Notes under the pieces: model-generated
Seen by the model: only the letters and a program-made list of their open reading frames with translations
Databases searched by the model: none
Told to the model about the DNA's origin: nothing
Shown here: positions 28,565 through 37,207 of the stretch, in pieces
Layout of the letters: every line of letters starts with the position of its first letter
Numbering within the stretch: position 1 is the stretch's first letter
Source of the DNA: Enterobacter phage ZX14
Sequence record: PP236086.1
Length of the DNA stretch: 64,000 nucleotides
Direction: 5' to 3' (one strand)
Made by a program: the position numbers and the translations under genes

Positions 28565-28827
28565 TAGTATTTCTCTTCAGGTCGGAAAACGGCGCGGCAT
28601 GCCCACATACTTGCTTCTTTAAGACGTTCTTTAGCAATATTCAATTGAGCTGCAGCAATAAGATCTTCATTGATTTGTCCATGGGTCTGGTCAACTTTAG
28701 TTGCAAGTGCTTCATCAAGCAAGGCATCGAGAATTAACCCAAGACGGACTTCGGCGTCTTTGATAGCGTTTACTTTACCGATTTTGTCTTCAGTATGTGG
28801 CTTATAGCCTTTGATATCTTCAATCAT
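28564..28827 (-). CDS. Hypothetical protein
   Basis: 87 aa ORF. Confidence 0.4.
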   Translation of the reverse strand: MIEDIKGYKPHTEDKIGKVNAIKDAEVRLGLILDALLDEALATKVDQTHGQINEDLIAAAQLNIAKERLKEASMWACRAVFRPEEKY

Positions 28828-29132
28828 GATTCAGCCTTTTTCAAATTAAAGGTTTGTCCGGTATTAGGAACCAAGAGCTGCATGGCTGAAAGCTGTTCAC
28901 CGTCAAAAACTTCTTTATCGGTTTCTTTGTCGTATTCGACTAGCTCAATAGGCTCATTAATTCCATAGCCACGAGTACCAATGTAAGTATTTACATCATC
29001 ATATTTGCATTCTTTGGCATTCCACCCAGAATCTGCCCAGGCTTCCATAAAGCCTTGTTCGCCACTATTGCTGAACCATGAACAAAATTCTTCAATAGCC
29101 TTTTTAGAGCCCTTGATTATAACTTGCGCCAT
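28824..29132 (-). CDS. Hypothetical protein
   Basis: 102 aa ORF. Confidence 0.4.
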   Translation of the reverse strand: MAQVIIKGSKKAIEEFCSWFSNSGEQGFMEAWADSGWNAKECKYDDVNTYIGTRGYGINEPIELVEYDKETDKEVFDGEQLSAMQLLVPNTGQTFNLKKAES

Positions 29133-29373
29133 TATAGCCGCCTTCTTTTACATAACGAACAGAGATGTCTAATTTGATTGGGTCCTTGAATACAGGAACA
29201 GCACGAATCAATTTACGGTCATAACAAATTAGACTGCGAGATACCAGGCCATAAAGCGGCCCAGCAACAAAAATAATTGGAATATCTGGTTTTGAATTCA
29301 GTTCTTCAAGAGTTGCTTCGGTTTCAATAACAGATTTCTTGAAAGGACCGTCCATAAACATATAACGCATCAT
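29104..29373 (-). CDS. Hypothetical protein
   Basis: 89 aa ORF. Confidence 0.4.
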   Translation of the reverse strand: MMRYMFMDGPFKKSVIETEATLEELNSKPDIPIIFVAGPLYGLVSRSLICYDRKLIRAVPVFKDPIKLDISVRYVKEGGYNGASYNQGL

Positions 29374-29897
29374 TGTATTCCTATCACAAAGAAAAGAGGC
29401 AGAGGTTTATTACCCTGACACATATAACGATTTACTAAATCTTGATATGCATTGTAGAACTTAGACATATCAGGAACTTTCATCGGCTCATCAATTATAA
29501 TCAAAAGGCGTGTAATTGATAATCCACGATATTTAGTAAAACCATCGTCAGACAAGAAACTTCGGATTGTATCACCAATAACAAAACCTTTATGGTCTCT
29601 ATCGATACAATGATTTGAATTGCACTTACGCTTGATTAAATCAACAAGTTCTCTGCTTTGAGATGAATTTGTACTTAATACAATTACATCATTACCGGCG
29701 TCACGCCATCGAGAAGCAAAATCGGCAGCTGCCGTTGATTTGCCTGTTTGACGACCGCCGTCAATACGAAGAGTTCCGAACTCTTGCATTTTGCCGACTG
29801 GGTCAACATAGTCCCAATCAGGACTATCTAAACGTTCTAATGCACGGTCTGTGAAAGCGTACATCATGGTTAGATAAACGGGTGTTAAATGTTTCAT
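29370..29897 (-). CDS. P-loop protein
   Basis: Has Walker A GGRQTGKST and a hydrophobic ...LLIIIDEP Walker B. The start is placed at the internal Met MKHLTP, because the upstream in-frame stretch looks non-coding. Confidence 0.45.
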   Translation of the reverse strand: MKHLTPVYLTMMYAFTDRALERLDSPDWDYVDPVGKMQEFGTLRIDGGRQTGKSTAAADFASRWRDAGNDVIVLSTNSSQSRELVDLIKRKCNSNHCIDRDHKGFVIGDTIRSFLSDDGFTKYRGLSITRLLIIIDEPMKVPDMSKFYNAYQDLVNRYMCQGNKPLPLFFVIGIQ

Positions 29898-30068
29898 TTT
29901 ATTTCTCGGATTAGTGGGGCCATTCCTTGGCACATAATTCATCCGTGTTACACTATGTAAACCCCTTACCGCACTTGGGCTCGACCTTATTACAGGTAGG
30001 AAAAGGCCCATCACTCAGAGGACACGATGTTCATGAGGAGAGGGTGTGTCTGCCTTTATTAGGAAGGC

Positions 30069-30635
30069 TTAACGCGCCTTATTTGCTACTGCAAATGCGT
30101 ATTCTACGTTAGGGTCTTTGAACACACCTTTAGTAGTGTCCATATCAACCTTAAATCCACCGCGAGCCATTACACCACTGAATTCTTTACGGAAGTCGAA
30201 AGTGTCAAGACCAGCCCATTGGGATTTATGTTTAGCAAATTCCTGTCCAGCAAAGTTTGCTGCTTTAGCCAGTTTATTATCAATGACCCACTTGCCATTT
30301 TTAGGAACAAATGCAGGCCCTTTCTGTTTGGAGAAAAGCTTCAGATGTTCGCGACGGAGAGCCGTATCTGCTTTAACGAATGCTGGGTCTAGGTTACCAG
30401 CGACGATATCTTCGATGTCATTGAACTTAAGACCATCAACAGTGATATTCAAGTCATTACGCCAGCGAAGTCCTTCCCAAGCAAAAGCTTTGAAGTCTGA
30501 ACCTTTAGTAGCCAGATAACGTTCAATAGGAGCGGTTTTGGAATCGAAGCCATTTCCACCATAAGTCCATTCATCTTTATTGATGCCTTTAACACCAATA
30601 GTAGCTTCAGCAATAAACTCTTGATAAGTTTTCAT
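30069..30635 (-). CDS. ipIII: Internal head protein IPIII-like, with capsid-targeting sequence
   Basis: A 188 aa ORF starting MKTYQEFIAEA (the T4 IP CTS); size and position resemble IPIII. Confidence 0.7.
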   Translation of the reverse strand: MKTYQEFIAEATIGVKGINKDEWTYGGNGFDSKTAPIERYLATKGSDFKAFAWEGLRWRNDLNITVDGLKFNDIEDIVAGNLDPAFVKADTALRREHLKLFSKQKGPAFVPKNGKWVIDNKLAKAANFAGQEFAKHKSQWAGLDTFDFRKEFSGVMARGGFKVDMDTTKGVFKDPNVEYAFAVANKAR

Positions 30636-30643
30636 TTCAATCC

Positions 30644-30937
30644 TTATGCAAACGGGTCGTGAAGCTTATTACCAACTTTACGGAAGACTTTAGCAGCAAA
30701 TTTGTTGGTTGGGTTATCAACCATAATTTTACGCATTTGGCTTGTAGCTGCAGTACGAGCGGCTTTATAACCAGCGATATTATCTTTGATGGTTACACGT
30801 TTGCCACCAGGGCCGTCAACAGTTACTTTATAGACGCCTTCATCTTCACCTGGTTTGATTTCTTCAATCCAGATATAGCCACCCTGGACACGTTGAGCCT
30901 GGGCTGTTTCAGTGAGAAACTCTTGATAAGTTTTCAT
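30644..30937 (-). CDS. ipII: Internal head protein IPII-like, with capsid-targeting sequence
   Basis: A 97 aa ORF starting MKTYQEFLTE. Confidence 0.65.
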   Translation of the reverse strand: MKTYQEFLTETAQAQRVQGGYIWIEEIKPGEDEGVYKVTVDGPGGKRVTIKDNIAGYKAARTAATSQMRKIMVDNPTNKFAAKVFRKVGNKLHDPFA

Positions 30938-30954
30938 TTTTAATCCTTAATTTA

Positions 30955-31371
30955 TTAGTTGTAGATAGCCTTACCATAATGTTTATACCACTGAGGCCTT
31001 TGAGCAATTTTTTCATCCAGACGCGCTTGAGAAATTTTAAGAGCGTCTGGAGTTGGAACATAATCATTGCGGAATTCGACCGGAATGTCGCTAATATCCT
31101 GAACAGTAATGTCCTGGATTTTAAAACCACGTTTTAAGCATTCCGCGATTAAGTCGATTTGACGTTTACGCAAGAACTCGAGCTTGTCATAAAAGAATGT
31201 TACATGACCTGTACCTAAAATGAAAACTGAAGAGATTTTAAAATCCTTGAGCTTTTTACCATTTTGAACGTGCTTACGAACAGCACCGAATACACGAGGT
31301 AATTCACGGTACTCTGCCATCAGGTGTTGGTCAGCCAGTTCAGATACTAAAGTTAAGTTAATGCGTGTCAT
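30955..31371 (-). CDS. denV: Endonuclease V (pyrimidine-dimer DNA glycosylase)
   Basis: 138 aa: [34 protein letters not shown]... matches T4 DenV. Confidence 0.92.
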   Translation of the reverse strand: MTRINLTLVSELADQHLMAEYRELPRVFGAVRKHVQNGKKLKDFKISSVFILGTGHVTFFYDKLEFLRKRQIDLIAECLKRGFKIQDITVQDISDIPVEFRNDYVPTPDALKISQARLDEKIAQRPQWYKHYGKAIYN

Positions 31372-31376
31372 TTTTA

Positions 31377-31432
31377 ATCTCCGTTTGTTTGGTATGAGAG
31401 TATCATAACACGGCCAAACGGAGTTGTAAACT
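31377..31432 (-). promoter_or_regulatory. PeSL-like early promoter upstream of denV (ctccgtttg...caaacggag + GTTTACA)
   Basis: tgtaaac at 31426-31432. Confidence 0.55.
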
Positions 31433-31706
31433 ACTTCTTAGAATAATCTGCCATTAGTGCAGCAATATCACTAAGTTTTTTACCAAACAGATATTCGACT
31501 TCATTACCTTTCTTATCTACGATCTGCCATTGGCCTGAACCTTTGTTGCCAAAGGTATAATCACCAACTTTATAAGAGAAGCCACCTACTTTTTTAATAG
31601 GAGTAAAAGTGAAACCACCTTTCTTAGCCAAGAATTCCATCCGACGCAGATCGTCAGCATCTTCATTCAAAGCCTGTTCAGCAATAAATTCATTATAGGT
31701 TTTCAT
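31431..31706 (-). CDS. Novel internal-protein-like gene with capsid-targeting sequence
   Basis: Starts at the internal Met [11 protein letters not shown] and overlaps the 3' end of e by 14 nt. 91 aa. Confidence 0.55.
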   Translation of the reverse strand: MKTYNEFIAEQALNEDADDLRRMEFLAKKGGFTFTPIKKVGGFSYKVGDYTFGNKGSGQWQIVDKKGNEVEYLFGKKLSDIAALMADYSKK

Positions 31707-32190
31707 ATGCTTTCCAAGTACCAGTTTTAAAAGTTGCAATCACGCGTTTAGCACGATTAGGGGTTTGAGATTTGTACCAGCGAGAATCAGCTAACTCGAT
31801 TGCGGCTTTGTCCCACTGTTTCGCTTTTAACAGACGCATACCTTTAGGGAAACCTGCTGTACCGGCAACACCCATCTGGAACACCATGTTAATTAATGCA
31901 CAGCGACGAACTTCATCTAGCACATCGTAAACAGGTTTTAGAGTAGCATTAGCCAAGATACCTTTACGAGCTTTTTCTACAGAAGAATTGAAAAGATTTT
32001 CTGCTTCCTGTTGTGTGATACGACCATTACAAACCCGACCCATTAATCGATCAAGCTCATCACGTGCTACATTGTATGAAGGGTTTTTAGTAATCAATTG
32101 TCCTATGCCAATAGTCCAAAAACCTTCAGTGTCTTTGTATAATTCTAATTTACAGCCTTCGTCAATACGAAGCATACCAAAAATGTCCAT
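31693..32190 (-). CDS. e: Endolysin (T4 lysozyme)
   Basis: 165 aa: [35 protein letters not shown]...[12 protein letters not shown]...[14 protein letters not shown], as T4 E. Confidence 0.92.
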   Translation of the reverse strand: MDIFGMLRIDEGCKLELYKDTEGFWTIGIGQLITKNPSYNVARDELDRLMGRVCNGRITQQEAENLFNSSVEKARKGILANATLKPVYDVLDEVRRCALINMVFQMGVAGTAGFPKGMRLLKAKQWDKAAIELADSRWYKSQTPNRAKRVIATFKTGTWKAYENL

Positions 32191-32222
32191 AGGACCTCCT
32201 ATCTAATTGATAGAAGTATTTA

Positions 32223-32717
32223 TCAACCTACAGACTTGCTTTCTTTTGGGAACAGGCGTTGCATTACATTGAACAGACTTGGTCCCATGACATAATTCCA
32301 TTGAGATGGTTTAATCAATGCAAATGCGTCAATTTCAGGGAACCGTTCACCAGTTTCACGGTCTTCATGGTATGCCGTACAGACACAATCCTTGAACTGC
32401 TCGTGGCGGACAGGGAGCGGATAAATGAACAGATGCAAATCTTTATTACTTGCGTACTTCTGTCGTCCTAGGTCTACCAGGAGCGCAGGATTGTAGTCAA
32501 TAAAACCGGTTTCTTCGCGGCACTCACGTACTGCGGCTTCAAGAGCAGATTCGCCCTCTTCAATATGTCCTTTAGGGATATCCCAACGAGAAGGCATTCC
32601 AGGAGCAAGGCTTGAATTAGTCACACGGCCCATGAATAGTTCTTTATCTTCGGTGAAGAATAAAATCCCAGCCGATACTTCTTTTTTAATTATGGCCATT
32701 ACGGCATCCTTTAACAA
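32223..32717 (-). CDS. nudE: Nudix hydrolase (e.1/NudE-like)
   Basis: A 164 aa ORF with Nudix box GHIEEGESALEAAVRECREETG. Confidence 0.8.
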   Translation of the reverse strand: MLKDAVMAIIKKEVSAGILFFTEDKELFMGRVTNSSLAPGMPSRWDIPKGHIEEGESALEAAVRECREETGFIDYNPALLVDLGRQKYASNKDLHLFIYPLPVRHEQFKDCVCTAYHEDRETGERFPEIDAFALIKPSQWNYVMGPSLFNVMQRLFPKESKSVG

Positions 32718-33006
32718 AATCGGTTAATTGCACATTTTGTAAATTCTTTTCTTGTCTTTTTGCTTTAATCTTATCATTTATATGAATATGAATAGCACCA
32801 CAAATGCCACCTATAATAATAGCACCTCCATAAGAAATAAATGCTAAAGCGAGCATTGCTACAAAATGGAATGGGTGGAATGGTGTAAAGCCAAACAGCC
32901 AAATTGCACTCCCGACCAAGAAGACCCAATACCATGCGGCCATCCACTTATCACAATAATAATCATATTCATTTCGTGGGATTCTGTTTCTAACTTCTAC
33001 GCCCAT
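32686..33006 (-). CDS. Membrane protein, paralog A (C-terminal ...KGCRNG)
   Basis: Starts at the internal Met MGVEV... Has 2-3 TM helices and a C-terminus shared with the next ORF. Confidence 0.4.
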   Translation of the reverse strand: MGVEVRNRIPRNEYDYYCDKWMAAWYWVFLVGSAIWLFGFTPFHPFHFVAMLALAFISYGGAIIIGGICGAIHIHINDKIKAKRQEKNLQNVQLTDFVKGCRNGHN

Positions 33007-33502
33007 TACGGCATCCTTTAATGAATTTATCGAATTCTTTTTGCTTAGCTTCTGTTTTCTCACGGCGTCTAAGGAATGGATAGTGAATCCCATAAGCCAC
33101 AATACCGGTAAGAAGAGCTAAAGCACCACCAACCAAAACAGAGAAAATAACCCAAGGAACAATACAGACCAATGAAATAAAAATAGCACCGGCGATAGGG
33201 AGTCCTTTAGCCATTAAGATTGGCCATAAGAAGAAATATACCGTCAATGGATACCCAAGCCAACCTAATGAGTGCATCCCTACATCAACATTACGGTCAA
33301 CGTTATCATACCAGTATTCTTTTTCAACTTCAGTTTTCTTTTCTGGATAAGATATATTAGGTTGATATCCACGGCTCATATTATAATCCTCAATTAAAAT
33401 TAATTTTACTTCAATTGGACATCCTGTCCAATCTACCCAATCTACTGGAATGCCATAAAACGGATCGTCCAGATTACGCCAATGAATTTGATGAATAGCC
33501 AT
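32990..33502 (-). CDS. Membrane protein, paralog B (C-terminal ...KGCRNG)
   Basis: A 170 aa ORF with TM helices; the C-terminal ...FIKGCRNGRRS parallels ...FVKGCRNGHN of the neighbouring ORF. Confidence 0.45.
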   Translation of the reverse strand: MAIHQIHWRNLDDPFYGIPVDWVDWTGCPIEVKLILIEDYNMSRGYQPNISYPEKKTEVEKEYWYDNVDRNVDVGMHSLGWLGYPLTVYFFLWPILMAKGLPIAGAIFISLVCIVPWVIFSVLVGGALALLTGIVAYGIHYPFLRRREKTEAKQKEFDKFIKGCRNGRRS

Positions 33503-34215
33503 TACCAGCCTTCCATAGGGAACTCAAGATAAACCTGAGCGTTCACTCTGATTTCGTTGGTAATCTTTTTGACTCGGTCTGTGTTACGGGAGACTCGACC
33601 GAACCAGCGCCACCCATTTTTAACAGCCTTAGAACCAGTGTGCCAGGTAGCATGGTTGAATTGAAGTAATGTACGGTCTGGAGCTTCCCATTGCTTAAGG
33701 TTACCGTCTTCGATGTGACGTAAGACTTCTGGATGCCAGTGCTTGTAAATAGTTTTGCCTTCAGGAACTTCAGAAAACGTAGCACGTCCTGTCGCAAAAT
33801 GAGTAGGACACACATCAGCGTTAACGAGCCCAATAATATGTTCAGAAAGGTAACGAGGGTTATCATAATCAGGTTGACCTGCAGTTAAGAAATGCTGACC
33901 TGCTGGAATATCAGGACGTGGAACGTCATCATGGTGGTAGCCAGGGATAGCAGGATACCAGCCAGGCATCAGCATATGAATACGAGTATCAATTACAACT
34001 TGGTCGTTATTCCAATCATCAGGCAGATTCATGATGAAGCTACGAGTGATAGGACCGCCATTATCAAAAGCGAAAGCTAAATCACAGTTGAAGAACATTG
34101 TTTCGTTCTTGATTTTGTCATTAGAAATACGACCAGCAAAACTACCTACAGCACGAGCTTGAGAATCAAAAGTTTTTGGACCATTCATAATATTTTCCTC
34201 ATTAAAGGAGGACAT
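33502..34215 (-). CDS. Hypothetical protein
   Basis: A 237 aa His/Trp-rich ORF with a PeSL upstream. Confidence 0.5.
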   Translation of the reverse strand: MSSFNEENIMNGPKTFDSQARAVGSFAGRISNDKIKNETMFFNCDLAFAFDNGGPITRSFIMNLPDDWNNDQVVIDTRIHMLMPGWYPAIPGYHHDDVPRPDIPAGQHFLTAGQPDYDNPRYLSEHIIGLVNADVCPTHFATGRATFSEVPEGKTIYKHWHPEVLRHIEDGNLKQWEAPDRTLLQFNHATWHTGSKAVKNGWRWFGRVSRNTDRVKKITNEIRVNAQVYLEFPMEGW

Positions 34216-34243
34216 CTTATCATGTCCTCACTCTGTTGTAAAC
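34209..34243 (-). promoter_or_regulatory. PeSL-like early promoter (aggaggacat...atgtcctc + GTTTACA)
   Basis: tgtaaac at 34237-34243. Confidence 0.5.
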
Positions 34244-34674
34244 TATGGAAGTAAATTGCCGCCGGTTACTTTCTTGATTTCACCTGCAAAACCTAATGCA
34301 ATTTCACGTTCACGGTTCTTAGCGTTCAACAGATTTTCTTTGGCGTACTTACGGGTATTCCACCATTTTTTGATAAAACCGTTTGTAGATATTTCACCTG
34401 TACGAGTGCTCATACGGTTTGTTCGTACGAGATGGATATAACGTGAATAACGGGTCCAAAAATATATTTGTTGAACAAAAGCTGTAATCCAAGTAAAGAA
34501 CCAGACTTGCGTACTTCCTTGGAACCAAGGCCCGAAGATAGAAAGTCCCCAATAAGTAAATGCACCCATGATACCAGCGCAGGCAAAACTGATTAAAATA
34601 ATAGCAAAGAACTTTTCTGTTTTCCAAAGCCAATCAGAATTAGTATGCCATAAGTACAGTTGTTTGATAATCAT
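34243..34674 (-). CDS. Membrane protein
   Basis: A 143 aa ORF with about 3 TM helices. Confidence 0.45.
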   Translation of the reverse strand: MIIKQLYLWHTNSDWLWKTEKFFAIILISFACAGIMGAFTYWGLSIFGPWFQGSTQVWFFTWITAFVQQIYFWTRYSRYIHLVRTNRMSTRTGEISTNGFIKKWWNTRKYAKENLLNAKNREREIALGFAGEIKKVTGGNLLP

Positions 34675-34676
34675 TT

Positions 34677-35606
34677 TCAGTCCTTCTTAAATGGCAGAAT
34701 CATGTGCTGGTTTTTCTTGAAGCGTTCGATGTAATCATTTACGCCAAGCGTTTTATACATATGGACTACTTTATGGTAGTTTTCCCATGCATATTCACGG
34801 AACCAACCACTCGTAATTGACGTACAGACCTTCTCTAGGGCCATCATGAACGAATGTTCTGAAGATACATTCTTGAAGTCATTAGGGACCTGAGAACGTT
34901 CCAGGGCTAACACACAAGTCTCTTCATAGACACCTGCCAGTTTAATAGCTTCAGGTAATGCTTCGAACTTTTCACGACTTGTCATTACTTCAGAACCGTC
35001 TTTCATATAGAAAGTATATGCAGGACGATCCGCCAGAGCTACGGCACGATGGATGCTATCATGGTCCAAAGTGTAAATCGTATCATTAAAGAAAGTATTT
35101 TTGTTTACATCCAGTTTAGGATGATTGTAGTTCAAAGTTTCCTTTTCACGTTCTTTGACGATCAGCTCGAGCTGAGCAGTTAATTTAACGCCTTTATTAC
35201 GAAGGAAACGAATATGTTGCATTGTCTTACGGAAGAATGGGTTGTTCTTCTTATAGCGATGAGAAAGCTTAATAGCCAAGCACATCTCTGGAGTAGCCCA
35301 ATGGAAACCTGAAAGATTATCTTTTTTCAAAAATGTTTGGGCGTATTCAGCCAGCATAATATTAGAACCAGATTTATCAGTCCAGTCGAAAAGATATGCT
35401 TCAAAATATGTTTCGCGGCCATTATGGTGGCATTTAAAAGCACGAACGTTAGGAGTATTAACTTCTACTTCAGCACCCATCATACGGCATTTGAAATCTT
35501 GCCATGCATTAGTTGAGGCAATGAAGTCCCAGTCAGAATTTTTGATATCGTCAGAGCCAATCAAACCATGGTGCTCAAGAGCACGCGAACCGATAACTAA
35601 TAACAT
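34677..35606 (-). CDS. Hypothetical protein (weak NTase-like N-terminus)
   Basis: 309 aa; LVIGSRALEHHGLIGSDDIKNSDWDF is a possible GS...DxD NTase motif (weak). Confidence 0.45.
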   Translation of the reverse strand: MLLVIGSRALEHHGLIGSDDIKNSDWDFIASTNAWQDFKCRMMGAEVEVNTPNVRAFKCHHNGRETYFEAYLFDWTDKSGSNIMLAEYAQTFLKKDNLSGFHWATPEMCLAIKLSHRYKKNNPFFRKTMQHIRFLRNKGVKLTAQLELIVKEREKETLNYNHPKLDVNKNTFFNDTIYTLDHDSIHRAVALADRPAYTFYMKDGSEVMTSREKFEALPEAIKLAGVYEETCVLALERSQVPNDFKNVSSEHSFMMALEKVCTSITSGWFREYAWENYHKVVHMYKTLGVNDYIERFKKNQHMILPFKKD

Positions 35607-35633
35607 AATATTTTCCTCTTAAGGTTATCCCAG

Positions 35634-35670
35634 TAGGGTCACTATAACATGACCCTAGATGTTTGTAAAC
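35634..35670 (-). promoter_or_regulatory. PeSL-like early promoter (tagggtcat...atgaccctag + GTTTACA)
   Basis: tgtaaac at 35664-35670. Confidence 0.55.
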
Positions 35671-35672
35671 TG

Positions 35673-35945
35673 CTAGATTTCGTAACAATACGTATTGTGC
35701 GTTTCGATGTAATCTTCAAGAGAAGAGCATACTAACGGGTCTGTAGTACCACAGACATCTTCATTATATGGGTCAATGCCACAGTGGGCATCTTCAAATC
35801 GAACACCATAGTCAGACTTTTTATAACTGACACCGAAGATTTGTTTAAACTTCTTACGAGAGATTTTGTGGCACTCTCCATCACCATTAGGATGATACAT
35901 CATAACGTTTACCTCAACAAGAATAGGATGATGACTGCCAACCAT
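35673..35945 (-). CDS. Cys-rich hypothetical protein
   Basis: 90 aa ORF. Confidence 0.4.
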   Translation of the reverse strand: MVGSHHPILVEVNVMMYHPNGDGECHKISRKKFKQIFGVSYKKSDYGVRFEDAHCGIDPYNEDVCGTTDPLVCSSLEDYIETHNTYCYEI

Positions 35946-36111
35946 TGATAATCATGGAGTTGCCATCAACTTGAATAGCTTCACCAAGGTCTAACCCAGA
36001 ACGATCATCAAAATAGATATGGACCATTTCGCGCTCATCAGAGGCAACTTGGAACAGGTTTTCAAGGGCTGCTTTAGCCGTACGTACTGCACAATCTAAT
36101 TCACGAGACAT
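35914..36111 (-). CDS. WxSSSxxC-family small protein (member 1)
   Basis: A 65 aa ORF ending GWQSSSYSC, with the N-terminal helix TAKAALENLF. Confidence 0.5.
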   Translation of the reverse strand: MSRELDCAVRTAKAALENLFQVASDEREMVHIYFDDRSGLDLGEAIQVDGNSMIINGWQSSSYSC

Positions 36112-36379
36112 TTTGATTTCCTCTACACATTTGAATGAAGGACTCGAGGCTAATCTCGTCCTTGTTTACTTCTGTAAACGGCTCCCATAACACTTTAATA
36201 GGGTTCCAGACCATATCAGGCCAAGTGAATGGGTCTGGTTGTTGACGATGATATACGGCTACTGCACGTCTGATATATTCAGTAACATAAATCGAATGTT
36301 CTACATATGACAAAGAAATGCATGTAGTGCTGTCAGTGCCATCGATTTCAAGGTAACCATCTACTATACGAAGTTTCAT
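36101..36379 (-). CDS. Hypothetical protein
   Basis: A 92 aa ORF with a PeSL upstream. Confidence 0.45.
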   Translation of the reverse strand: MKLRIVDGYLEIDGTDSTTCISLSYVEHSIYVTEYIRRAVAVYHRQQPDPFTWPDMVWNPIKVLWEPFTEVNKDEISLESFIQMCRGNQNVS

Positions 36380-36401
36380 ATTTCCTCCTTTATAAACAAG
36401 T

Positions 36402-36436
36402 ACGGGTATCTTATCACTAAGACACCCGTTTGTAAA
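36402..36436 (-). promoter_or_regulatory. PeSL-like early promoter (acgggtatc...gacacccgt + GTTTACA)
   Basis: tgtaaac at 36430-36436. Confidence 0.5.
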
Positions 36437-36439
36437 CTG

Positions 36440-36673
36440 CTAGCAATTCTGCATAGAAGAACTATACCAGAAGCCTTGGTCGTGTGGCAGATAGTTTTCT
36501 TCACGAATCCATTTGTATTCGTCCCACTCATCAGAAGATGCTGGGATGTACTGCTCGTTACCGGCCCAGAAGTGTTCACCTGTTGCTTCGGCGATTTCTT
36601 CACCTTTAGAAATCAGAGCAGAAATGCCTTTAGCAATATCATCAACAGTGTTTACGTCAAATTCAAATTTCAT
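36440..36673 (-). CDS. WxSSSxxC-family small protein (member 2)
   Basis: A 77 aa acidic ORF ending FWYSSSMQNC. Confidence 0.5.
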   Translation of the reverse strand: MKFEFDVNTVDDIAKGISALISKGEEIAEATGEHFWAGNEQYIPASSDEWDEYKWIREENYLPHDQGFWYSSSMQNC

Positions 36674-36682
36674 TTTATTTCC

Positions 36683-36913
36683 TTAACAAGAAGAAGGTTG
36701 CCAGATAGAGCCATCAGCTTCTACATGGAATTCGCGGCCAACTTCTTCGCCGTAGCAAGAAGAATTATTCCAGTCATCAAAACGCATACTACCATCATAG
36801 GTATTGAATTCAAAACCGAAAGAATCGGCAGAAGCCAGTTCGCTTACTTTGTTGAACAGAATGGCAAGTTCTTTAGCTGCTTGTTCGAGTTCAATATTAC
36901 CAGATATAGACAT
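36683..36913 (-). CDS. WxSSSxxC-family small protein (member 3)
   Basis: A 76 aa ORF ending SIWQPSSC, with helix AAKELAILFNKVSELA. Confidence 0.5.
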   Translation of the reverse strand: MSISGNIELEQAAKELAILFNKVSELASADSFGFEFNTYDGSMRFDDWNNSSCYGEEVGREFHVEADGSIWQPSSC

Positions 36914-36922
36914 AATGTTTCC

Positions 36923-37207
36923 TTAGCATTCCATAGAAGATGATACCCAACCACCTGATTCGAGGCTGGTATAATATGAGTGTTGGTTGACGGTGGCCCA
37001 ATTTGGCTTGCCTTGTTCGGTATAATGCTCAAGTTCCTTTTTCAAGAATCCAGGAGAATAATACGTTCCGCCCATACCATAAGCAGGGGCGATTTCAAAA
37101 CTCAGGTCGTATTTGTCAGCGACTTTCTTTGCTTGATTAATAGCTTCAGAAATGGCCGCTTCAGCAGCAGCCATCGCAAGTTCAGGTTTGTGTTTAGACA
37201 TTAGCAC
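36923..37207 (-). CDS. WxSSSxxC-family small protein (member 4)
   Basis: A 94 aa ORF ending GGWVSSSMEC; contains YYSPG. Confidence 0.5.
   Translation of the reverse strand: MLMSKHKPELAMAAAEAAISEAINQAKKVADKYDLSFEIAPAYGMGGTYYSPGFLKKELEHYTEQGKPNWATVNQHSYYTSLESGGWVSSSMEC

Noticed and set aside
33543-33866. 107 aa ORF nested inside 33502..34215
   Set aside because: It is an alternative frame of a longer, better-supported ORF on the same strand.
36376-36603. 75 aa ORF overlapping WxSSSxxC family member 36440..36673
   Set aside because: It is out of frame relative to the paralog-supported reading frame and spans the PeSL promoter.
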